From the NCBI GenBank assembly GCA_002269645.1, contig NIVC01003984.1:1-64000 (forward strand): DNA of 64,000 bases. The letters are read 5' to 3'. The notes below the pieces were generated by a model. It saw only the letters and a list, made by a program, of their open reading frames with translations, was not told where the DNA came from and did no database searches. Shown piece after piece: positions 46,001 through 56,600 of the stretch; the first letter of the stretch is position 1, and the number at the start of each line of letters is the position of its first letter. This DNA is from Macrostomum lignano. Taxonomy: Eukaryota. The translations under genes and the position numbers were made by a program.

Positions 46001-49000
46001 CTTTAGCACCAAGGGGCTTTAGCACCAAGGGGCTTTAGCACCAAGGGGCTTTAGCACCAAGGGGCGCCAGCACCAAGGGGCTTTAGCACCAAGGGGCTTT
46101 AGCACCAAGGGGCTTTAGCACCAAGGGGCTTTAGCACCAAGGGGCGCCAAGCACCAAGGGGCTTTAGCACCAAGGGGCTTTAGCACCAAGGGGCGCCAAG
46201 CACCAAGGGGCTTTAGCACCAAGGGGCTTTAACACCAAGGGGCTTTAGCACCAAGGGGCTTTAGCACCAAAGGGCTTTAGCACCAAGGGGCTTTAGCACC
46301 AAGGGGCTTTAACACCAAGGGGCTTTAGCACCAAGGGGCTTTAGCACCAAGTGGCTTTAGCACCAAGGGGCTTTAGCACCAAGGGGCTTTAGCACCAAGG
46401 GGCTTTAGCACCAAGGGGCTTTAGCACCAAGGGGCTTTAGCACCAAGGGGCTTTAGCACCAAGGGGCTTTAGCACCAAGGGGCTTTAGCACCAAGGGGCG
46501 CCAAGCACCAAGGGGCGCCAAGCACCAAGGGGCGCCAAGCACCAAGGGGCTTTAGCACCAAGGGGCTTTAGCACCAAGGGGCTTTAGCACCAAAGGGCTT
46601 TAGCACCAAGGGGCTTTAGCACCAAGGGGCTTTAACACCAAGGGGCTTTAACACCAAGGGGCTTTAGCACCAAGGAGCTTTAGCACCAAGTGGCTTTAGC
46701 ACCAAGGGGCTTTAGCACCAAGGGGCTTTAGCACCAAGGGGCTTTAGCACCAAGGGGCGCCAGCACCAAGGGGCGCCAGCACCAAGGGGCGCCAGCACCA
46801 AGGGGCTTTAGCACCAAGGGGCTTTAGCACCAAGGGGCTTTAGCACCAAGGGGCTTTAGCACCAAGGGGCTTTAGCACCAAGGGGCTTTAGCACCAAGGG
46901 GCTTTAGCACCAAGGGGCTTTAGCACCAAGGGGCTTTAGCACCAAGGGGCACCAACACCAAGGGGCACCAACAACAAGGGGCACCAACACCAAGGGGCTT
47001 TAGCACCAAGGGGCTTTAGCACCAAGGGGCACCAACACCAAGGGGCTTTAGCACCAAGGGGCTTTAGCACCAAGGGGCACCAACACCAAGGGGTGACAGC
47101 ACCAAGGGGCGCCAGCACCAAGGGGCGCCAGCACCAAGGGGCGCCAGCACCAAGGGGCGCCAGCACCAAGGGGCGCCAGCACCAAGGGGGGCGCCAGCAC
47201 CAAGGGGCGCCAGCACCAAGGGGCGCCAGCACCAAGGGGCGCCAGCACCAAGGGGCGCCAGCACCAAGGGGCGCCAGCACCAAGGGGCGCCAGCACCAAG
47301 GGGCGCCAGCACCAAGGGGCGCCAGCACCAAGGGGCGCCAGCACCAAGAGGCGCCAGCACCAAGGGGCGCCAGCACCAAGGGGCGCCAGCACCAAGGGGC
47401 GCCAGCACCAAGGGGCGCCAGCACCAAGGGGCGCCAGCACCAAGGGGCGCCAGCACCAAGAGGCGCCAGCACCAAGGGGCGCCAGCACCAAGAGGCGCCA
47501 GCACCAAGGGGCGCCAGCACCAAGGGGCGCCAGCACCAAGGGGCGCCAGCACCAAGAGGCGCCAGCACCAAGGGGCGCCAGCACCAAGGGGCGCCAGCAC
47601 CAAGGGGCGCCAGCACCAAGGGGCTTTAGCACCAAGGGGCTTTAGCACCAAGGGGCTTTAGCACCAAGGGGCACCAACACCAAGGGGCTTTAGCACCAAG
47701 GGGCTTTAGCACCAAGGGGCACCAACACCAAGGGGTGACAGCACCAAGGGGCGCCAGCACCAAGGGGCTTTAGCACCAAGGGGCTTTAGCACCAAGGGGC
47801 TTTAGCACCAAGGGGCACCAACACCAAGGGGCTTTAGCACCAAGGGGCTTTAGCACCAAGGGGCACCAACACCAAGGGGTGACAGCACCAAGGGGCGCCA
47901 GCACCAAGGGGCGCCAGCACCAAGGGGCGCCAGCACCAAGGGGCGCCAGCACCAAGGGGCGCCAGCACCAAGGGGGGCGCCAGCACCAAGGGGCGCCAGC
48001 ACCAAGGGGCGCCAGCACCAAGGGGCGCCAGCACCAAGGGGCGCCAGCACCAAGGGGCGCCAGCACCAAGGGGCGCCAGCACCAAGAGGCGCCAGCACCA
48101 AGGGGCGCCAGCACCAAGGGGCGCCAGCACCAAGGGGCGCCAGCACCAAGGGGCGCCAGCACCAAGGGGCGCCAGCACCAAGGGGCGCCAGCACCAAGGG
48201 GCGCCAGCACCAAGGGGCGCCAACCTAGCGCTGTGTAGGGAGCACCGCAAATTTGTCCAGCCTATTTCGGAGGCAGGATGAGGCACCCCTGCATCCCTCT
48301 CTAGCTACGGCTCCGATGAGGCTAGGACGAGCGTATCTCACACCCGCCTTTGATTCCCTCAACCTCAGGCAGTGCTTGTATTGAGTCCCAGCATTTCTAG
48401 TAGGGGCAGTCGGACTCACACACGAAAAAAATGTCTAAAACCTAACGAAAATTGCCTGTAAAAACGTTTGAAGATGCTCTTACCTTTGATCTTTCTTAGT
48501 TTCCTTTAGAACTGTTCCTCTTAAATAGCCGTATAGAATATAACCGTTATTACGTCTAGCAAAAGAACGTGCCTTATGGAAACGCAAAATTAGATATTTA
48601 TGATTCCCTAACCTAAACACAGCGCAGGTTACTCGACATAAGTAACACTGCGTTTTTCTGTTCTTTTCAAAAAGCAATTTCTATTCTGAGCTGAACCAGC
48701 CACTCGCTTGGAGGGGAAACTCGGCGGTTTCCTGTGGGAGCTCGCAGTCGGGATTCTTCTGCCCGTGTCTCAGTCAGTCGGTCACGCCATTTTCCCTTGT
48801 ACTCTGTGGCCTCGATTGCAATGATGGAGCACGAGCACTGCTAACACTCATTTTTATCACTCTAATCATGCCACTCTTCTCATGTCACTCTTCTCATGTC
48901 ACTCTCTCATGTCACTCTTCTCATGTCACTCTTCTCATGTCACTCTTCTCATGTCACTCTTCTCATGTCACTCTTCTCATGTCACTCTTCTCATGTCACT

Positions 49001-51448
49001 CCCTCATGTCACTCTTCTCATGTCACTCTTCTCATGTCACTCTTCTCATGTCACTCTTCTCATGTCACTCCCTCATGTCACTCTTCTCATGTCACTCCCT
49101 CATGTCACTCTTCTCATGTCACTCTTCTTATGTCACTCTTCTCATGTCACTCTTCTCATGTCACTCTTCTCATGTCACTCTTCTCATGTCACTCTTCTCA
49201 TGTCACTCCCTCATGTCACTCTTCTCATATCACTCTTCTCATGTCACTCTCTCATGTCACTCTTCTCATGTCACTCTTCTCATGTCACTCCCTCATGTCA
49301 CTCTTCTCATGTCACTCTTCTCATGTCACTCTTCTCATGTCACTCTTCTCATACCACTCTTCTCATGTCACTCTTCTCATGGCACTCTTCTCATGTCACT
49401 CTTCTCATGTCACTGTAACCAATGTCAATATAATCAATTTCACTCACTTTATGTCACTCATCTTCAACTCCATCATTTCAATTCTCATCATCTCAAATCC
49501 CAAATCTCACTCCATAGGGGCCCGCACAATGAAAAAAACTAATTGCTTGCAACTCATCAGCACTACTGTAGGCGTTAGCTCATATTTCTCATCAGCTTGG
49601 ATGAGTAGATGGCGAAGGCAGACTTGAAATCAACCCCGACATCTTTCAAAGCTTCTTGTGTGGCAGTCTGTTATTTTTCAATCTAACTTCTTTTATCCGC
49701 CCACTTGGATCAGCCCACGGCATGGCTAATTAAATACGGTAATAGCAACTGCTCCTGTCTTAACCTGGACATCCGTATCTTAACCTGGACATCCCTGTCT
49801 TAACCTCCTGTCTTAACCTGTACACCCCTGTCTTAATTTGGACACCCGTGTCTTAACCTGGAGACTCCTGTTCTAACGGCCTGGACACTCCTGTCTTAAC
49901 CTGGTTAACCCTGTCTTAACCTGGACACTCCTGTCTTAACCTGGTTAACCCTGTCTTAACCTGGACACTCCTGTCTTAACCTGGTTAACCCTGTCTTAAC
50001 CTGGACACTCCTGTCTTAACCTGGTTAACCCTGTCTTAACCTGGACACTCCTGTCTTAACCTGGACACTCCTGTCTTCACCTGGACACCTCTGGCTTAAC
50101 ATCCTGTCTTAACCTGGACACCTCTGTCTTAACCTGGACATCCCTGTCTTAACCTGGATAACCCTGTCTTAACCTGGACACTCCTGTCTTAATCTGGAGA
50201 CTCCTGTTCTAACCTGGACACTTTTTTCTTAATTTGGACCCTCCTGTCTACACCTGGACACCCCTGTCTTACGACTTATCCTTTAAAGTGGAAACCCTTG
50301 ACTCAACTTGAGCATCCAGTCTTGAATTGGACACCCCAGTCTCAACCTAGACGTATCCCGACACTTCGATCGTGGAGATCGGGTGTCAACTTGGATATCG
50401 GACCACATTCACCAGCGAATTGCCAGCAACAAACCTTCTCTTGGGGTAGCTCGCACCCCAAGTCGCCGCGTGCCACCAAAACGCCGTCGGCTTCAACTAG
50501 AATCTCCTCCAGCGCCTGTAGGCCTCTGGCGTCGCCAATTTTGGCGACGACAAGCGGCGGTGGCCGACCGTCAGCCGTGGCCGCTTGGCGCAGCCGTCGC
50601 ACCGTCTCGGCGCTGCGCACAAACGAACCCATGACGATGCCAATCCTCGCCAAAGAATCGTCGCCCGAGTCGGATGCCAGAGCCGCTAGATCGTCGAGAT
50701 CGCGCTGGGAGACCTCAGGCATGCCGGTGTCCACCCCGGGCAGGCAGACGCACCGGGCGGCGCCCAGCTGGCCTCCGACGATCACCAGGCAGTCCACGGC
50801 CGAGTCAGCCGGTCGCGGCGACTCGACACGCAGCTCCAGCAGTCCGTCGTCGATGTACACAGCTTGGCCAGGCTGTACAATCTTGGCGAAGTTGTCAAAA
50901 TCGACCCACAGTCGAGTTGACGTGATGGGCTGTGCAGCTCCAGTTGGTGAGCAGTCGATGGTCACGAGGCTGTCAGTCTCCAGATTCACAGTGTCCGTCA
51001 GCTTGCCATGTTCCGGTAGGGCGCCAGTTCGAATCTCAGATCCGCGAGTGTCCACCGCCACGCCCAGCGGCTTGTGCTGCCAAGTGGAGACCTCCGGATC
51101 GTCGCGGAGTTTCTCCTCGGCTTCGGCGATTAGTTTCAACGCTCGACGATGCTCTTCTAAGGTGCCATGACACAGGTTGAGCCGGGCAATGTCCATGCCG
51201 GCTTGGACCATCTCGGCGATGACTTTGGCGCTCCAGCTGGCGGGGCCGATGGTGCACATGATGCCGGTGCCCGTGGTCTTGGCTGGGCTGGTGTCCACGT
51301 CCAGGCTGCAGGCCTGTTGTAGGGCGGTGCGGAACGAACAGGCGTGGGTGTTGCTGCTGTTGCTGACCATGCTGCTGATTGACTGCCCAGTGCTCAGAAG
51401 TTTACTGCGAATTTTAACCATCCGATGAGTTTTGGCATTTGTTAGCAT
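40055..51448 (-). CDS. PK: Pyruvate kinase-like protein (diverged paralog), 4 exons, about 641 aa
   Basis: Exons 51448-50435, 44540-44316, 41701-41410 and 40449-40055 (an alternative in-frame acceptor starts the last exon at 40470). Motifs: [67 protein letters not shown]. Confidence 0.9.
40476..41275. repeat. 12-bp array CTGGTCACTCTT / CTGGGTACTGTT, PK intron 3
   Basis: Direct reading, with higher-order 120-bp blocks. Confidence 0.95.
43183..44160. repeat. 20-bp array CACTACAATCTCACTCCAAA, PK intron 2
   Basis: Direct reading. Confidence 0.97.
44702..48222. repeat. 3.5-kb 16-bp array GCACCAAGGGGCTTTA / GCACCAAGGGGCGCCA, PK intron 1
   Basis: About 220 units in two main subtypes. Confidence 0.98.
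48866..49415. repeat. 14-bp array CATGTCACTCTTCT, PK intron 1
   Basis: Direct reading. Confidence 0.95.
49751..50345. repeat. 20-bp array CTCCTGTCTTAACCTGGACA, PK intron 1 near the donor
   Basis: Direct reading, degenerate at the edges. Confidence 0.9.
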
Positions 51449-52257
51449 ATAAATTGATATTCAACGTCATAAATATAGCTATTTGTCTGTGGCCAAAGCA
51501 TGACCAAGACTTCTTATTTTCAGTTGGAACATGAGACTCCTTAAAATATAAATTGGACTGTCAGCAACTTTCAATCAGCTACTTTCAATCAGGTCCCAGC
51601 GCGTGACAACGATTATCTGGCCAGCGCCACATGACAAGCCTTGTTTCTTGGAGTCCAAAAGAACAGTAAAAATGTTTACTTCATTGATTTTGCGCGTGCT
51701 TATGGCAGAGCTCACGTGCTTCGGAATTCTTGCTTTACTAGGCAAGGCACTGACGTCAGTTGCTAAAAATAGATCTCACGTGATTTCCATCAAGGAGTTC
51801 AGCTTCAGTTTCTAATTATTCAGTTTGCTAAATTCTCCAAGTTTCCAAATCTGACATTGTCCCGCTTATGTTCTCGCGTCAAACCCAGACTTCTGAGTCT
51901 GACCCCAGGCTAACACTGCCCAGCTCCCACTCACTTTTGAGCCCGGCAGGATCTGCTGACTGATCGTCTGCAATCGTAGATCTGCACCAAGTGCTGATTT
52001 CGCTCGTCTTATTAATTTCGTTCCGACGGGAAGCTCACCTCACCGAAGACTGAGACCCGAAGGGACTGGTGGCAGTAACTATACCTGCGCTACTAGAAAG
52101 GCTTCTAATACGGGGATGGAGACCTTGGTCAACTATACTCACGTTGCCTGAGAAGTGCAGATACAAGACTCGTAGAAGCCGAACCCTCCAAGAAAATCCT
52201 AAACACTTCAGGATGTTTTGCAGACTACGAGTAGTTTTGTCTTTCCTCCACCCGTTA

Positions 52258-52590
52258 GACAGACACCCACCTCACTTCCAATCTAATCATTTCTCACCAC
52301 CCCATTTCTTCTCATTTCCTTTCGGTGCACTCCTGTCCACCGGGAAGACACCCACCTCACTCCCAGCCCAAGCTATCGCACCCACCACCCCATTTCTTAT
52401 TATTGCCTTTCGGTGCACTCCTGTCCACCGGGAAGACCCCCACCTCACTCCCAGCATAAGCTATCGCACCCACCACCCAATTTCTTATCATTGGCCTTGC
52501 TCTGGACTCCTTCCCACAAACAGACACCCACCTCACTCCCAGCCCCAACTATCGCCCACCACCCCATTTCTTATCATCGCTTTTCTGTGC
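52258..52590. repeat. About four copies of an ~87-bp unit (AGACACCCACCTCACTCCCAG...)
   Basis: Unit starts near 52261, 52347, 52435 and 52522. Confidence 0.85.
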
Positions 52591-53502
52591 ATGCCGGGAT
52601 AAAACTGTGTTTCACTTCTAATTAGCTTTTAATTAATTGCGCTCAAACAAAAAATGAAAAATTGCTATGTTATATTCTACTCGTCGGATTTTCAAGAAGC
52701 CAAACTAGTGTAAGAAGTACGAGGTAGTCAGAAAACTAATTTCCGAAATGACCGAGCCATTGCCCCTCATCCGCTGTGAGTGCCTGCTTAGCTAGTTGAA
52801 CTTCTTGCTCAAAGCTTGCTGGAATAAAGATCTCTCGCTTTTACTCTGTCGATTGCAAAAGCAAAAAGCAAAGCAAAAGGATGACGTCAATAAGAATATA
52901 AATAGATATTTTCGCAAAAGAAATATGGTCTGTGTGAGGGGTGGCTAAATTTCCGGTGTTGATCACGGACTGCAATTGTTTAAATTAAAAGAAATTGATT
53001 TTACTCACTTTGAAATCCGATTCTATCTGATCTTTAATCATGTTAAGGCAGGTAAACAGTGATTATTACACCCACGTTTTTTCGAGGGCGTAGAGCTGCT
53101 GAGGGCTAATCTAGTCAGGTGACTTTCTAGAAAACATGACGCTGTTCAAGGACCTCCTGACACCTTTAACACCTGGACTAGAGTGTTAAAAGAACACACA
53201 AAGAAAGCACTCTGTCTCTAAAGGTGCATGAAGTGAGCACTCTAGGAACATAAATTGAGCACTCCAATAGCATATAAATTGAGCACTCTAAGAACAAGAA
53301 ATGAGCACTCTAAGAACACAAGAAAAAGAATGCTTAACTTTCCCATTTAGGAGAGGATCAAGAGTAAATATTTTCCAAATTCCCATCTGAACCTTAATCC
53401 CCACAGGTGCCGTAAAAGCCCCTGTCTCTATTTCCAAATACTAAAATTCTATTCTGAAGCTCAGAACATTTGATGCATCAGTCTAATTGCTCTGTCTTAA
53501 GC

Positions 53503-53554
53503 AGCCAATCAGAGAGTGCCATGAGGGAGACCAGGCCGCGGCAGTTTATAAATA
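53503..53554 (+). promoter_or_regulatory. Putative GPCR core promoter (CCAAT + TATA)
   Basis: AGCCAATCAG at 53503-53512 and TATAAATA at 53547-53554, about 90 nt before the ATG at 53645. Confidence 0.5.
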
Positions 53555-53644
53555 CGGCCTGCGTGGGGGACAGCGGCTGCAACGGCTATCTCCCCTAGAG
53601 GATATCCTAAGGCAAATACGAATATAAAAGACAAAAAAGCTGTC

Positions 53645-56600
53645 ATGCAAGCTCAATTACTCGACTTGACTACTTTGGTAAGATTTGTTCCAGCTCTTGC
53701 TGTTTTTTGTCTCGATGAGATGAGAGGTGAGATAGAGAGGGAGATTATAAAGTTAGGGAGACGAGAGGGGATGAGAGAAGATGAGAGGAGCTAGGAGCTG
53801 GTAGGAGATGAGAGCGGTAGGGAGATGGGAGAAGATGAGAGAGGGAGAGAGATGAGAGAGGATGAGAGGGAGGGAGATGAGAGGGGATGAGAGGGAGGGA
53901 GATGAGAGGGGATGAGAGAGGGAGGGAGATGAGAGGGGATGACAGAGGGAGGGAGATGAGAGGGGAATGAAAGAGGGAGGGAGATGAGAGGGGAATGAGA
54001 GAGGGAGGGAGATGAGAGGGGAATGAAAGAGGGAGGGAGATGAGAGGGGAATGAAAGAGGGAGGGAGATGAGAGGGGATGAGAGAGGGAGGGAGATGAGA
54101 GGGGATGAGAGAGGGAGGGAGATGAGAGGGGATGAGAGAGGGAGGGAGATGAGAGGGGATGAGAGGGAGGGAGATGAGAGGGGATGAGAGAGGGAGGGAG
54201 ATGAGAGGGGATGAGAGAGGGAGGGAGATGAGAGGGGATGAGAGAGGGAGGGAGATGAGAGGGGATGAGAGAGGGAGGGAGATGAGAGGGGATGAGAGAG
54301 GGAGGGAGATGAGAGGGTATGAGAGAGGGAGGGAGATGAGAGGGGATGAGAGAGGGAGGGAGATGAGAGGGGATGAGAGAGGGAGGGAGATGAGAGGGGA
54401 TGAGAGAGGGAGGGAGATGAGAGGGGATGAGAGAGGGAGGGAGATGAGAGGGGATGAGAGAGGGAGGGAGATGAGAGGGGATGAGAGAGGGAGGGAGATG
54501 AGAGGGGATGAGAGAGGGAGGGAGATGAGAGGGGATGAGAGAGGGAGGGAGATGAGAGGGGATGAGAGAGGGAGGGAGATGAGAGGGGATGAGAGAGGGA
54601 GGGACATGAGAGGGGATGAGAGAGGGAGGGAGATGAGAGGGGATGAGTGAGGGAGGGAGATGAGAGGGGATGACAGCGAGTCGGTGGCCAGCGGCAGAAC
54701 CAGGCAAATTAATTGAATGAAATTCCTGTAGCCAGGCAAAGAGGATAAATCAATTAAGAAAACCTCAGAAAACTCTCCAGTTGAATTTGGAGCAAAATGT
54801 GGGAGGTGGGATTAGCTCCTGAGGAGGGGAGACTCAAACACTCAATTATCAGGGTAGTCAGGCCATCTGCCCCTCTCACAGTCTCTTGGGATCCGAAATC
54901 GTCGTATTCACGCGAAACTAAAATAGGATTTGGCAATTATTTCGAATTTTTTTGCTCTGAGTTCCAATTAGCGATTGGGGAAGAGCGCCTCAGATGTGCA
55001 TGGATAACAATGCTGACTGAGGCCCTTCATCTGTTTGCATTTTTACTCCTCTGTCCAGCATGCTTGACCAGTCGCATTCCCTTGTCACACCCCCTGTCAC
55101 ATCTTCCTGTCACATCTTCCTGGCACATCTTCCTGTCACATCCCTGTCCCATTCCTCTATCACATTCCCTCATCGCATCCCCCTGTCAACTTTCCCCGCC
55201 AAATCTTTCTGTCACACCTCTTCTCACTCTCCCCTTGTTGAATTCACTGTATTTCATTGTCACATTTGTTTTCAAACTCCTACGTGATGTATCTGTAAAG
55301 GATATATAGGTACATCCTTCTCTAGAGTACAGCCAGATGTACACCCCATGTGAACACAGCCAGATGTACATCTCATGGGAACACAGCCAGATGTACATCT
55401 CATGAGAACACAGCCAGATGTACAACCCAGGTGAACACAGCCAGATGTACATCTCATGAGAACACAGCCAGATGTACAACCCAGGTGAACACAGCCAGAT
55501 GTACATCTCATGAGAACACAGCCAGATGTACATCTCATGAGAACACAGCCAGATGTACATCTCATGAGAACACAGCCATATGTACACCTCATGAGAACAC
55601 AGCCAGATGTACACCTCATGAGAACACAGTCAGATGTACACCTCATGAGAACACAGCCAGATGTACATCTCATGTACACTCTCCCAACCCGCAGCCACCA
55701 GCCAACGCTTCGCTGCCACCGTACCCGGGACTGGGCCGCACGAGCATCGCCAAGAGCAGCATTCTGCTCTGCATTTTCACCTTCGCCCTGCTGACAAACT
55801 TGCGCGCTCTCCGACGCGTCACCGACAAGCGTCGAAATGCCCACTGCAGTCAGCTGATGCTGCACCTGATTGTGGCCGACCTGCTAGTTGTGTTCTTCTG
55901 TTTCCTAGGCAACGTGGCTTGGATGATGACGGTGCAGTTTTACGGCGGCGACTTGCTTTGCCGGCTGTTCAAATTCCTTCAAGGCCTATCGCTGACCGCC
56001 AGCGCCTACGTGACGGTTGCCATCGGCATTGACCGAGCGGTGGCCGTGGTCAAGCCGTGGAACTGGAGCAGCCCGACTGTTCGGGTGCGACTGCTGACTG
56101 CGGCCTGGCTGCTGAGCTGCTTGATGGCCGCGCCGCAGGTGAGAATGGGCTTGGCGTGTTAAAGCTGAGGACGTTTTTCACAGCTGCGTACTACCCATCG
56201 GGACTGTGTACATTTCATAAGTCTGTGTTCATCCTGACACGGCTCTGCGTTCACCTCGATGTCTAACAGAGTGCCTCATGTCTAACAGAGTGCCTCATGT
56301 CTAACAGAGTGCCTCATGTCCAACACAAGTGGGCTCATGTCTAACACAAGTGGCTTCATGTCTAACATAAGTGGCCTCATGTCTAACACAAGTGGCTTCA
56401 TGTCTAACATAAGTGGCCTCATGTCTAACAGAGTGCCTCATGTCTAACAGAGTGCCTCATGTCTAACACAAGTGCCTCATGTCTAACACAAGTGGCTTCA
56501 TGTCTAACATAAGTGCCTCATGTCTAACACAAGTGGCTTCATGTCTAACATAAGTGCCTCATGTCTAACACAAGTGGCTTCATGTCTAACACAAGTGCCT

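Noticed and set aside
46936-48286. [16 protein letters not shown] and APRGASTKG repeat ORFs
   Set aside because: They are frames of the 16-bp satellite.
52258-52590. CRISPR-like look of the 87-bp and 60067-60265 repeats
   Set aside because: The intervening sequences are homologous, not unique spacers. There are no cas genes and the context is eukaryotic.
55010-55309. Signal-peptide-like MLTEALHLFAFLLLC as the GPCR first exon
   Set aside because: There is no in-frame donor before its stop, and it runs into a degenerate repeat. The 53645 exon has promoter motifs, a GTAAGA donor and the right phase.
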